From assembly GCA_016213525.1 (NCBI GenBank), contig JACRAE010000005.1, positions 83,405 to 143,404 of the forward strand: DNA of 60,000 bases, written 5' to 3'. This stretch comes from Candidatus Aenigmatarchaeota archaeon. Its GTDB lineage: Archaea; Aenigmatarchaeota; Aenigmatarchaeia; CG10238-14; SCSR01. Each line of letters begins with the position of its first letter. Position 1 is the stretch's first letter. Positions 44,861-53,845 of the stretch are shown here, in pieces. The notes beneath the pieces were generated by a model, which was not told where the DNA came from, did no database searches, and saw only the letters and a list, made by a program, of their open reading frames with translations. Position numbers and translations under genes: made by a program.

Positions 44861-46186
44861 TTATTTATTCCTTGGTTTGGCCTTCTTTTTCGGCTTCTCG
44901 CCCGACCTGGACTTGAGGAGGCGGAACGGGTAGCTGACGGGGTTCTTGACCGCCGCGTCGTGCAGGTTCTGGCACAGGCCGTGGACGCCCATCTGCTTGT
45001 AGTAGTTCTCGTTCTCGCAGTTCGGCGGGAGCATCGGCTTGTCCGTGCGGAAGTGCCACCTCAGCTGGCCGCGCAGGTAGTTGGACCTCAGCGGCGGCAT
45101 GTTCTTGTTGTTCCACTCGTCCATCCTCTTCTCTATCTGCTCGGCGCTCCATCCCATGTTCCTCAGGAAGTTTATCAGTATGAAGACCGCCCTCTTCTTC
45201 CCGTCGCCCAGCCCGTTTTCCAAAATGTACTTTATGCAGGGCGGGAACATGTCCTCCGAGATGTACATCATCTTCCTCGCCTCCGGCCTCTTCTCCCTGA
45301 ACACCGGGTCCTTCACCTCCTTCATGTTCTTGCTGGCCCAGTCCATCGCCTCGACTATCAGCGGCTGGGCGTCCCTCGCACCGGGGTTCTGGACCAGGAA
45401 CCTCTCGTCGATCTTCACCTTCTCGGGGCTCGCCATCTCCTTCTCGAACGCGTCAATCCTGCCGGGCTTCAACGGGAGGCTGACTAGGAGGGACTTTTCG
45501 TGCAGGCTATAGGGCAGCCTGAACAGGTGCCTGGACGAGAACACGTCCATCGTGACGACCTTGAACGGGTCGAGGCCCTGCTCGTTCGTTATATCCGAGA
45601 GCGGCTTGTTGACCCTCTGCGATATCATGCTCGGCGTGTCTATCGCGAGGAACGCCTCCTTCAGCTGGTCGCGCATGTACCACTTCAAAAACTCTATCGT
45701 CTTCTGCAGCAGCTCCGGGTACATCGCGCTGCTCGGCTGCATGTTGATGCTCTCCGGTAGGGACGTGAACGGTATCCCTATGTGGAAGCTCTTGCCGCCC
45801 GAGAACTTCACCGAATAATTGGTCACGCCGTGGTCCTTCAGCGCCTCCAGGGTCTGCCTGACGGTGGCCTTGGCCAGCTCGAAGTCCGGTATGTCCGGGT
45901 CGATGAAGACGTCCCACCCCGTCCTGAGCGCGTCCTGGTCCTGCCTCATCATGCCCAGCTCGAGCTTCATCGGGTTGGACCAGTGCTCGACGGAGCCGTG
46001 GAAGGAGAACGCGCCTTCAGCGACGGCTTGCATTATGTCGCCGGGATGGTTCAGCACGTTCGGCCTCTTGCCGAAGTTCCCCTCCCTGTATATCGACGCG
46101 ACCTCCCTGTTCTTCGCGGCCTCCAGGATGGCCCTCTGCACCGATTCTCTCGAGTACCAGTTCCACACTTTAGAAAAGTCTACCAT
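44861..46186 (-). CDS. Fused DNA primase PriS-PriL (DPANN type)
   Basis: PriS motifs 'WDVFIDPD', 'KFSGGKSFHI', 'D..SSRHLFRLPYSLH' followed by PriL Fe-S domain 'FPPCI...PPNC...LC...KNP'. Confidence 0.92.
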   Translation of the reverse strand: MVDFSKVWNWYSRESVQRAILEAAKNREVASIYREGNFGKRPNVLNHPGDIMQAVAEGAFSFHGSVEHWSNPMKLELGMMRQDQDALRTGWDVFIDPDIPDFELAKATVRQTLEALKDHGVTNYSVKFSGGKSFHIGIPFTSLPESINMQPSSAMYPELLQKTIEFLKWYMRDQLKEAFLAIDTPSMISQRVNKPLSDITNEQGLDPFKVVTMDVFSSRHLFRLPYSLHEKSLLVSLPLKPGRIDAFEKEMASPEKVKIDERFLVQNPGARDAQPLIVEAMDWASKNMKEVKDPVFREKRPEARKMMYISEDMFPPCIKYILENGLGDGKKRAVFILINFLRNMGWSAEQIEKRMDEWNNKNMPPLRSNYLRGQLRWHFRTDKPMLPPNCENENYYKQMGVHGLCQNLHDAAVKNPVSYPFRLLKSRSGEKPKKKAKPRNK

Positions 46187-46244
46187 TCATTCACGTCTCA
46201 TGAGAGGCTATCGGACCCCTCGAAAGAATATTCTTCCGCCTAGT

Positions 46245-47684
46245 TTAAATCTGTTCTTTGGCGCGCTTCCACTTCGCCCCGCCCGCCGTGTCCTCGAGCA
46301 CCAGGCCGAACTCGTCCTGCAGGATCTTCCTCAGCTCGTCCGACCTCGCGAAGTCCTTCGCCGCCCTCGCCTTCTCCCTAAGCGCGATCAGCTTCCTGGC
46401 CCTGTCCGGTATCTTCTCCACCTTCGCCCTCTTCGGCAGCACCTGGAAGAACGCGCCCAGCTCCTCGATGAGCTTCCTCGCCGACTCGATCTCTATCGTC
46501 GAATAGTCCCCGCCGTCCATGTGCCTGTTCGTGAGCGACGCTATGTCGAGCAGGTGCGAGAGGGCGAGCGGCGTGTTGACGTCGTCGTTCATCGCGGCCA
46601 TGAACCTGTCGCGGATCTTGAAGAGCCTGTTCGTCAGGATGTGGCTGCCGCCGTTCGGCCTCTCCGCTGCCGCCTTTATCCTTTCTATTGTGGACGCGAG
46701 CTTCTCGACCTTCTTCCTCGCGTTTCCTATGTCTCTCTCGTTGTAGTCCAGGGGCTTTCTGTAGTGCGTGGACGCGATCCACATGCGCAGCACCTCGGGC
46801 TCGTGCTTCTCGAGGGCGTCTACCAGACGGATGAAGTTCCCCTTGGACTTCGCCATCTTCTCCCTCTTTATCGTCAAGACTCCGGTGTGGACCCAGTACT
46901 TGACGAACGGCCTCTTCCCGGTCGTGGCCTCGGCCTGGGCTATCTCCGCCTCGTGGTGCGGGAACGCCAGCTCTATCGCGCCGCCGTGCACGTCGTACTG
47001 GGGACCGAAGTACCTCAGCGCTATCGCGGTGTCCTCGATGTGCCACCCGGGGTACCCGACGCCCCACGGCGAGTCCCACTTCTGGATGTGCGACTTTGGC
47101 GACTTTATCCACAGCGCGAAGTCCCTCGGGTCCTCCTTCTCGTCCTTCACCTTCACCCTCGCGCCGGCCTTCAGCTCCTCCACGTGCCTCCTCGACAATT
47201 TCCCATAGTTCTTGAACTTGGAGACGTCGAAGTAGATGGAGCCGTCCGCCAGGTACGCGTGTCCGTTGTCGACGAGTGCCCTGACCTGCGCCACAATCTC
47301 GGGTATGTGGTCGGTCGCCTTCTCCAGGATGTCCGGCCTCAGGAGGTGCAGGCGGTCGAACGCCTCCAGGTGGTGCCTCAGATAAAAGTCTACAATTTGC
47401 TGCGGCGTCTTCTTCTCCTTCAGCGCCTTCCTCTCGACCTTGTCCTCGCCCGTGTCGTCGGTCATGTGGCCCACGTCAGTAACGTTCTGGAGGTACGTGA
47501 CGTCGAACTCCTGGTGCCTCAGGAACCTTACGAGAGTGTCGTAGAAGGCGTAGGTCCTGGCGTGGCCGAGGTGCACGAAGTCGTACTCGGTGACGCCGCA
47601 GACGAACATCTTCACCTTCCTCCCGTCGAGGGGCTTGAAGAGCTCCCTCTTCTTCGTCATCGTGTTGAATATCCTCAGCGGCAT
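46245..47684 (-). CDS. cysS: Cysteine--tRNA ligase
   Basis: 'FVCGVT.YD..HLGHAR', 'NVTDV', 'DFALW', 'PGWHIE', 'HGG..EL.FPHHE', 'KMAKSKGN'. Confidence 0.97.
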   Translation of the reverse strand: MPLRIFNTMTKKRELFKPLDGRKVKMFVCGVTEYDFVHLGHARTYAFYDTLVRFLRHQEFDVTYLQNVTDVGHMTDDTGEDKVERKALKEKKTPQQIVDFYLRHHLEAFDRLHLLRPDILEKATDHIPEIVAQVRALVDNGHAYLADGSIYFDVSKFKNYGKLSRRHVEELKAGARVKVKDEKEDPRDFALWIKSPKSHIQKWDSPWGVGYPGWHIEDTAIALRYFGPQYDVHGGAIELAFPHHEAEIAQAEATTGKRPFVKYWVHTGVLTIKREKMAKSKGNFIRLVDALEKHEPEVLRMWIASTHYRKPLDYNERDIGNARKKVEKLASTIERIKAAAERPNGGSHILTNRLFKIRDRFMAAMNDDVNTPLALSHLLDIASLTNRHMDGGDYSTIEIESARKLIEELGAFFQVLPKRAKVEKIPDRARKLIALREKARAAKDFARSDELRKILQDEFGLVLEDTAGGAKWKRAKEQI

Positions 47685-47705
47685 GCCATGTCTCCCTCTT
47701 TGCAG

Positions 47706-47780
47706 AGCTGGGGGTGGGATTTGAACCCACAATCTGCCGCTCTGCAGGCGGCCGCATTAACCGGATTCTGCAACCCCAGC
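47706..47780 (-). tRNA. tRNA-Cys(GCA)
   Basis: GCTGGGG/CCCCAGC acceptor stem, U73, anticodon arm GCCGC-CTGCAGA-GCGGC, T-loop TTCAAAT. Confidence 0.95.
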
Positions 47781-47925
47781 GTTGAAAGGAATACGCGTCG
47801 AGAGGATAAAAGCTGCCCGCCAGTCAGAGGCTCATTTTGCAAGGCAAAGACGTCCACCCATCCGAGCACCAATAGATGCTTGTGCGCCCGCCTATAAAAG
47901 TTTCGAATCCCATATGTTATTTTTA

Positions 47926-48288
47926 ATGGACGCCGCGTGCGCGCCGGCTGGGATCGGCCGCTTGTACCACAATCTGATTTCTCCGGACCTACCTCCCGAA
48001 AATCCGCACGCGCAGATAGTGTGGAAGATTTACATGGCCGGGAGGATGAGCAGGTCGGATCTCGCGAGGGCGTGCTCGGGTATGTGGAAGCCCAGGGTGA
48101 CGTCGTACCTGTCCGAGCTAGAGGAGGGCGGCCTTGTGGCGACCAAGAGGAAGCTCGTCCTCGTTGGGGAGTCGAGGGCGTGGTGCAGCGTTGGGTACCT
48201 GACGGAGAGCGGTCGCGAGGTCGCGGCGAGGATAGACGGGATGCACGGCGGGCTGTACGGGAGATATGCGACGACGATGATTCGCTAG
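47926..48288 (+). CDS. Winged-helix (MarR-like) DNA-binding protein
   Basis: 'MSRSDLA...VTSYLSELEEGGLV', 'YLTESGRE' pattern. Confidence 0.6.
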   Translation: MDAACAPAGIGRLYHNLISPDLPPENPHAQIVWKIYMAGRMSRSDLARACSGMWKPRVTSYLSELEEGGLVATKRKLVLVGESRAWCSVGYLTESGREVAARIDGMHGGLYGRYATTMIR

Positions 48289-48301
48289 AAAATTACCATT
48301 G

Positions 48302-48589
48302 CTACTTCTTGGCTGCCTTCGCCTTCTTGGCGGCTTCCTTCTTCAGCTTCAGCATCTTGACGCTGTACGCGCACTTGCTGCACTTCAAAAAGAACGCCTG
48401 CTTCATCTTCAGCCCCGTGACGAAGGGCTCCCTCCACTCCTCCCTCCTCTTCTCGTTGTACCCGCACTCGGGGCACGTGATGTCGACCATGGCGCTCGTC
48501 TCCTCCTTCGTCTTCATAATCCTTATCCTGCCCTTCACCTCGCCCTTGGAGTTCTCCATCTCCCTCATCGTGATATATTCGAGCGTCAT
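48302..48589 (-). CDS. Small zinc-ribbon protein
   Basis: CPECG...CSKC and a Lys/Ala-rich tail. Confidence 0.65.
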   Translation of the reverse strand: MTLEYITMREMENSKGEVKGRIRIMKTKEETSAMVDITCPECGYNEKRREEWREPFVTGLKMKQAFFLKCSKCAYSVKMLKLKKEAAKKAKAAKK

Positions 48590-48653
48590 GATTTTTTCCT
48601 GTAGACTTTTTGTTTTCGCTAGGCTTAAATCGTTACGCTTGTTACTCAGGACC

Positions 48654-49406
48654 ATGGAACTGGAGAGAAATCGGAGCTACGAGTCCAACTTCAAGCTCGA
48701 GTTCAAGACGGCCTTCATGAATCTTATGGACACCATCGACCTGGCGACGTGCGACGTTGGTCAGGACGAGCTCAAGAGGATGAAGGACTGCGTCTCCGGG
48801 CTGCACGAGTCAGTCGCGAGGAGGTCGAAGGCCAGGGACGCGGGCTCCCTGTTGCCGGGCAGGGAGGTCATGTTCTCTTCCGGAGTCGGGCAGCTCAAGC
48901 TCCCGAGGGAGGAGGGGATCAACGTCTTCGTGCAGGACTGCTCGGCAGGATACCTGAGCCACGTTACCGACCTGGCCGCGGAGAGCGGCATCCGGAGGAA
49001 CAGACTGACGGACCACTCCTTCATAAAAAAAGAATTCGAGGACGCGGCCAGGAACTCCGAGGTGTACAAGACGCTGAAGATCCGCCTGCAGGGGCTCGCC
49101 TACGGTGGAGAGGCCGGGAGCTTCGGCAGGATAAAGAAGCTGGACATAGCGGTAAGCGCGAGGGCCGACGACGTGTTCTTTTTGGGCCTGGTGAACGGCG
49201 TGAGCTATCAGGCGAACAAGATGGCGGTCTACGTCATGAGCGGGCTGCCGGCCAAAAACCCGGTCGAATACGTCGACCCCGACCACTTCGGATTCGACGC
49301 CCTGAGGAAGGCGTACGTTGCCAGGATGGCACTGAACTACGAGATGGTGATTGGCAGGAAGTACGAGCCCAGGCTGTTCCCCAGAAAATACTTCGCCGAC
49401 AAGTGA
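48654..49406 (+). CDS. Hypothetical protein
   Basis: 250-aa ORF from the ATG at 48654; typical codon use; family not recognised. Confidence 0.6.
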   Translation: MELERNRSYESNFKLEFKTAFMNLMDTIDLATCDVGQDELKRMKDCVSGLHESVARRSKARDAGSLLPGREVMFSSGVGQLKLPREEGINVFVQDCSAGYLSHVTDLAAESGIRRNRLTDHSFIKKEFEDAARNSEVYKTLKIRLQGLAYGGEAGSFGRIKKLDIAVSARADDVFFLGLVNGVSYQANKMAVYVMSGLPAKNPVEYVDPDHFGFDALRKAYVARMALNYEMVIGRKYEPRLFPRKYFADK

Positions 49407-49451
49407 GGGGCCGCCCTCCGACATAATGGAAGATTGTTTTGAGAAGCGGAA

Positions 49452-49622
49452 CTACGCCGGCCTCTTCTTCGGCCTGAGGGCGCGCGAGCCGCAAGCCCTG
49501 CACTTTATCGCGCCGGCCTTGACCTTGACCCCGTCGGCCTTCATCTTGGCCTTGCAGACCCTGCAGACCCAGACTCTGTTGTAGATTCTGTTCATCGCCT
49601 CAGGGAAAGTTTTCTTTACCAC
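49452..49622 (-). CDS. rpl40e: 50S ribosomal protein eL40 (not in ORF track)
   Basis: Manual translation from GTG: MVKKTFPEAMNRIYNRVWVCRVCKAKMKADGVKVKAGAIKCRACGSRALRPKKRPA. Confidence 0.9.
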   Translation of the reverse strand: MVKKTFPEAMNRIYNRVWVCRVCKAKMKADGVKVKAGAIKCRACGSRALRPKKRPA

Positions 49623-49683
49623 GAAATCACTTCAATTTACTGCTGCTGGCAGGCTTAAATTGTTTGCGGTCTTAATTTCATCA

Positions 49684-50172
49684 ATGTTCAACTTCAGAAG
49701 CATGTTTTCAAGGCCGAAGGGCGCGCGCAGGGGGGACGGCGCGACGTACGGCCTGGACTACAACATAGGCGCGACGTACGAGATAGGCGGCAAGAAGAAC
49801 TACGCCCCGGAGAAGGACTTCAGGCTCGGCGTCGACGACTTCTATCAGCTGTTCAGGGACTACTCCTCGATAACGGAGAACTTCAAGTCCGTGAGGAACG
49901 TCAATGTGCTCGTCAAGCCCATAAGCGCAGGCTTCGACTCGTCGCTCCTGAGGAAGAAGGTGGACGCGGCCGTCAGGAAGATAGTCGCCGACAAGGCGGG
50001 CCTGAGGGAGAACATAGACCTGTTGGCGTCGAACTCGCTGATGCACGACAGCCCGCTGCTTCAGGAGTACCTGCTGAAGGAGGAGCGCTACAACAGCGCG
50101 ATAAAGGGAGCCGGCCTGATCTACGAGTGGATCAAGAGGCACGAGGAGTCCGGCGACGCGCTGAAGGCGTGA
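49684..50172 (+). CDS. Hypothetical protein
   Basis: 162-aa ORF with typical codon use; no family recognised. Confidence 0.55.
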   Translation: MFNFRSMFSRPKGARRGDGATYGLDYNIGATYEIGGKKNYAPEKDFRLGVDDFYQLFRDYSSITENFKSVRNVNVLVKPISAGFDSSLLRKKVDAAVRKIVADKAGLRENIDLLASNSLMHDSPLLQEYLLKEERYNSAIKGAGLIYEWIKRHEESGDALKA

Positions 50173-50211
50173 TGGAAAATCTTAATATTCGGCGAACTGC
50201 CTCTTAGTTTC

Positions 50212-50805
50212 ATGGTCTCCGTAAAAAGGCTGTGGAGCATGCTGAACGAGGGGCCGCTCGGGTACGTCTTCTACATATTTTTGGGGATAGCCGCGGCCGT
50301 GGCCTTCACGGCCGTGCTGGGCGCGGCGCTCGACACCAGCGTGCCGCTCGTCGCCGTGCTGAGCGGGTCGATGGACCACGGCGTAACGGACGAGCCGGGG
50401 GCGTCGGCGTATCCGTGCGCGAAGAGGTCGGTCGGCTACGTGGAGAGCTTCGACGGCTGGTGGGAGAAGTGCGACTACACCTACGGGGAGTTCTCGATAA
50501 CGAGGGACCAGTTCGCCTCGTTCCCGTTCAGGGACGGCTTCAAGAAGGGCGACATACCGGTGATAAGGAACGACGGCAGCTTCGAGACCGGCGACATCAT
50601 AGTCTACAGCATACCGCAGCAGAAGGTACCGATAATACACAGGATCGTCTCCATAAATTCCGACGGCACGTTCCAGACCAAGGGCGACCACAACGCGGGC
50701 CAGAACCCGTACGAGAAGTCGGTGGGCTCGGGGCAGGTGAGGGGGAAGGTTATCCTCGTCGTGCCCTACCTAGGCTATTTAAGGGTGCTTCTCCCAATTA
50801 GTTAG
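50212..50805 (+). CDS. Signal peptidase I (archaeal/ER type S26)
   Basis: TM anchor, 'AVLSGSM', 'GDIIVY', 'PIIHRIV', 'TKGD.N'. Confidence 0.92.
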   Translation: MVSVKRLWSMLNEGPLGYVFYIFLGIAAAVAFTAVLGAALDTSVPLVAVLSGSMDHGVTDEPGASAYPCAKRSVGYVESFDGWWEKCDYTYGEFSITRDQFASFPFRDGFKKGDIPVIRNDGSFETGDIIVYSIPQQKVPIIHRIVSINSDGTFQTKGDHNAGQNPYEKSVGSGQVRGKVILVVPYLGYLRVLLPIS

Positions 50806-50821
50806 GTCGTAGTCCGGGTCG

Positions 50822-51148
50822 ATGTTTATGAAATTCTGCGAAAAATGCGGCAACCTGCTCGTGGCGAGGCCGGGAAAGAAGATTCCGGAGTGCCGCAAGT
50901 GCGGGAAGAAGGGGAAGCCGAACGAGAAGATCGTCATAGGCGAGGAGCACCACCTTCACAAGAAGGGGGTCGTCGTGATGAGCAAGGACGAGCAGCAGGG
51001 CGACCTCCCGATAACCCACATAATGTGCCCCGAGTGCGAGCACGGCGAGGCTTTCTGGTGGATGCAGCAGACGCGCTCGGCGGACGAGCCTCCGACTCTG
51101 TTCTACAGGTGCAAGAAGTGCACGCACAGCTGGAGAAGCTACGGGTGA
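50822..51148 (+). CDS. tfs: Transcription factor S (TFS)
   Basis: 'MKFCEKCGNLL', 'CPEC', 'QTRSADEP.T.FY.C.KC..SWR'. Confidence 0.95.
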   Translation: MFMKFCEKCGNLLVARPGKKIPECRKCGKKGKPNEKIVIGEEHHLHKKGVVVMSKDEQQGDLPITHIMCPECEHGEAFWWMQQTRSADEPPTLFYRCKKCTHSWRSYG

Positions 51149-51198
51149 GGGGCCCGCGGACTCCTGATATTTATTCGTCGCAGTCGGAAGAATATTCT

Positions 51199-51492
51199 AT
51201 GCAGGCCCAGAGGTACCTGCCGAGGAAGGTCTCGGAGGTCAGCAAGTCGGACTCGCGCATATCCATCCTCGGGACGGTCTCTTCCGTGAAGGAGGGCGCG
51301 TTCGAGATAAAGGACGAGTCCGGGTCGGTGGAAATATCGTCCGACTCTTCCGTGAAGGAGGGCGACATCGTGCGCGCGTTCTGCAACGTGATCGACGGCA
51401 GGCTGAAGTCGGAGGCCGTTCAAAGCTTAAATGGCTTGGACCTTAATCTCTATCAGAAAGCGCAGGAGCTTTCGAGGAAGATCGGCATATGA
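51199..51492 (+). CDS. OB-fold protein, RPA3/RPA14-like
   Basis: 'RKVSEV...DSRISILGTV', 'DESG', 'GDIVRAF', C-terminal helix 'LDLNLYQKA.EL'. Confidence 0.75.
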   Translation: MQAQRYLPRKVSEVSKSDSRISILGTVSSVKEGAFEIKDESGSVEISSDSSVKEGDIVRAFCNVIDGRLKSEAVQSLNGLDLNLYQKAQELSRKIGI

Positions 51493-52244
51493 CATTCAAA
51501 GCAACCTTGATCGGACCTGGGATACTCATAGATTCTTTGTCGTCCATAGCGGAGCTGATAGACGAGGGGATATTCAAGATAACGCAGAACGGCATCACCC
51601 TCGTCGCGGCGGACAGGGCCATGGTGGCGGTCGCGGACTTCCACCTTTCGAAGGCCGCGTTCCAGGAGTACGATGTCGACGCGGACCAGTCGATGGGTCT
51701 GAATATACTCAACCTCCTCTCAGTTTTGAAGCGCTCCTCCGGGAAGGACACGCTGAAGTTCGACCTGGTCGGCAACAGGCTCCACATCGAGATGGTGGGC
51801 GACGGCAGGAGGAAGTTCGTCGTCCCTCTCGTCGACCTGACGCAGGACGAGATACCGCAGATAGAGCAGCTCGAGTTCGCCGCGAAAGTGGAGCTCAGGC
51901 CCGACATACTCCAGTCGGGGATAGAGGACGCGGAGATAGTCTCGGACTCAGTCCTGTTCATGACGTCGCCCGGCAAGTTCACGATGCGCTCCGAGGGAGA
52001 CTCGAGCAGCGCGGAGCTGGAGATGGAGAAGGGCAACGCGAAGATGCCGGTCCTCGAGGCGGACTCCGAGACGAAGTCGAGGTACCCGCTCGACTACCTG
52101 AAGAAGATGTTCAAGGCCGCGAAGATCGCGGACAGCGTGACGCTGCAGTTCGGGCAGGACTACCCGATGAAGATATCGTTCAAGGCCGGCGACCGCGCAT
52201 CCTTGAAGTTCGTGCTCGCGCCGAGGGTCTCGGACGCAGAGTGA
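51489..52244 (+). CDS. pcn: DNA polymerase sliding clamp PCNA
   Basis: 'LIDEG.F', 'A.DRAMV', 'Y.LDYL', 'QDYP', 'FVLAPRV'. Confidence 0.97.
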   Translation: MTFKATLIGPGILIDSLSSIAELIDEGIFKITQNGITLVAADRAMVAVADFHLSKAAFQEYDVDADQSMGLNILNLLSVLKRSSGKDTLKFDLVGNRLHIEMVGDGRRKFVVPLVDLTQDEIPQIEQLEFAAKVELRPDILQSGIEDAEIVSDSVLFMTSPGKFTMRSEGDSSSAELEMEKGNAKMPVLEADSETKSRYPLDYLKKMFKAAKIADSVTLQFGQDYPMKISFKAGDRASLKFVLAPRVSDAE

Positions 52245-52277
52245 AAGACATTAAAATATTGACTCCAATCCTTGGTT

Positions 52278-53240
52278 ATGGGGAAAGTCAGGGATGTTTT
52301 TTGCGGCGACGGCTACAGCCCGGTCATAGACTCCGAGACGGGCGAGATATGCTGCGGTAACTGCGGGTTCGTCGCCGGCAGGGACGAGGGCAACATATTC
52401 GGCAGGAAGTCGGAGGCCTACGACGAAGACCATGTGGTAAAGCACGACGCGCCGCTCGACACGGACGTGCTCTCGGGCACCTACATAAGCAACACCAACG
52501 TGGACTTCACGGGCAAGACGATACCCGTCGCGACCAGGTACAGGATGAAGCCGCTGCGGAAGATGGAGAACCGGGACCGGAGGCGCGACAGGAACAGGAA
52601 CGTGAGCAAGGCGATCGAGCGCATACACAAGATAGGCGCCACCCTGAAGATGGCCGAGGCCCACATGGAGGAGGCGCTCGACGTTTACAAGTCAGCCTGG
52701 GAGAGGGACATAGTCAAGAGGAGGTCTTTCGACAGCTCGGTGGCCGCGAGCCTGATGTGCATACTGAGGAAGTACGAGGTTCCGATAAGCTTCGAGGACG
52801 TGGCCTCCGCCTCCGGAATAAAGCGCAAGAGGATAATCAAGTCCTACACGGCGATAAGGAGGAACATGGACGACATCAAGGTGACCGAGCTTCCGAGCCT
52901 CTCCAAGTACGTCTCGGACATAGTCGGGGCGAGCCGCCTGCCGGAGGTGAAGAGGGAGCTGTATAGGAGGGAGGTCATGGAGAACATACAGTACCTCAGG
53001 GACGCGGGGTATCTCGGGGGTCTGAAGCCGTCCGGTGTCGCGGGCGCGGTCGCATACGCCACACAGCGCTACAACAGAGAGTGGGAGGGCGCCGTCACCC
53101 AGCCCGGCATAGAGTCCGCGGTCGACGTCACCATGCCGACCGTGAGGCGCGGGGTGGAGGTATTCAAGAAGGCCCTCGACCGCCTGTACGCCGAGCGCTC
53201 CCTTTCCGAGAACAAAGATAAGCCGCAGACCCTAAATTAA
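52278..53240 (+). CDS. Transcription initiation factor IIB-like protein, divergent paralogue
   Basis: Zn ribbon 'D.ETGEICCGNCG', two cyclin repeats ('AASL', 'GLKPSGVAGA', 'TQ..I...VDVT..TVR'). Confidence 0.85.
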   Translation: MGKVRDVFCGDGYSPVIDSETGEICCGNCGFVAGRDEGNIFGRKSEAYDEDHVVKHDAPLDTDVLSGTYISNTNVDFTGKTIPVATRYRMKPLRKMENRDRRRDRNRNVSKAIERIHKIGATLKMAEAHMEEALDVYKSAWERDIVKRRSFDSSVAASLMCILRKYEVPISFEDVASASGIKRKRIIKSYTAIRRNMDDIKVTELPSLSKYVSDIVGASRLPEVKRELYRREVMENIQYLRDAGYLGGLKPSGVAGAVAYATQRYNREWEGAVTQPGIESAVDVTMPTVRRGVEVFKKALDRLYAERSLSENKDKPQTLN

Positions 53241-53244
53241 TCCC

Positions 53245-53538
53245 ATGGAGTCTTTCTTCGACAGGCAGGCGAGGAAGGTGTTCGACCTCGTCGTGGGCGG
53301 GACCAGGGGAGGGCCGATGAGGATGTCCATTTTAAACGAGATATCGCGCAGGCCGAGGAACACGAACGAGGTGTCAAAGGCGCTGGGGATAGACTACAAG
53401 ACGGCCGAGTACCATCTACGCGTGATGAGGGAGCACGGCATAGTCTCCGAGACCGGGGGCGGTTACGGGTCGAGGTTCTCCGTGTCGCCCCTTTTCAAGA
53501 AATGGGAAAAAGCTCATAAGGCGGGAAGTAGGAAGTGA
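53245..53538 (+). CDS. ArsR-like winged-HTH regulator
   Basis: 'GTRGG..R..IL', 'P.N.NE.S..LG.DYKT..YHL.V', 'YG'. Confidence 0.85.
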   Translation: MESFFDRQARKVFDLVVGGTRGGPMRMSILNEISRRPRNTNEVSKALGIDYKTAEYHLRVMREHGIVSETGGGYGSRFSVSPLFKKWEKAHKAGSRK

Positions 53539-53542
53539 TAGC

Positions 53543-53827
53543 ATGGAGATGGGAATAGAGTCCTCGTTCATCCTGCAGGTCCTCAACATGGGGCTGCTCT
53601 CCGTCCTGATTTTCATATACGTCAAGAACCTCACGAAGGTGAGGTCCGCGATAACGCAGGGCCTCCTCATATTCGCAGTTTTCCTGCTCGTCCAGAACGT
53701 GATGGGAGTCTACCTGGGCTTCGTGTCGATGAGCGAGATGAACGAGCCGTTCGAGAACTACGCGTTCTTCATCAACTTCATGGAGACGATAGCGCTCATC
53801 GCGCTATTCTGGGTGACGTGGAAGTAA
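53543..53827 (+). CDS. Small 3-TM membrane protein
   Basis: 'GLLIFA.FLL.QN' and C-terminal 'TW', typical of the partner gene that follows this wHTH family. Confidence 0.7.
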   Translation: MEMGIESSFILQVLNMGLLSVLIFIYVKNLTKVRSAITQGLLIFAVFLLVQNVMGVYLGFVSMSEMNEPFENYAFFINFMETIALIALFWVTWK

Positions 53828-53845
53828 GACTCCCCAGCAAATTCG

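Noticed and set aside
39005-47897. Long alternative-frame and antisense ORFs (e.g. 39005-40276, 41843-43345, 45819-47897)
   Set aside because: Shadow ORFs of GC3-rich, well-identified genes, with no motifs of their own.
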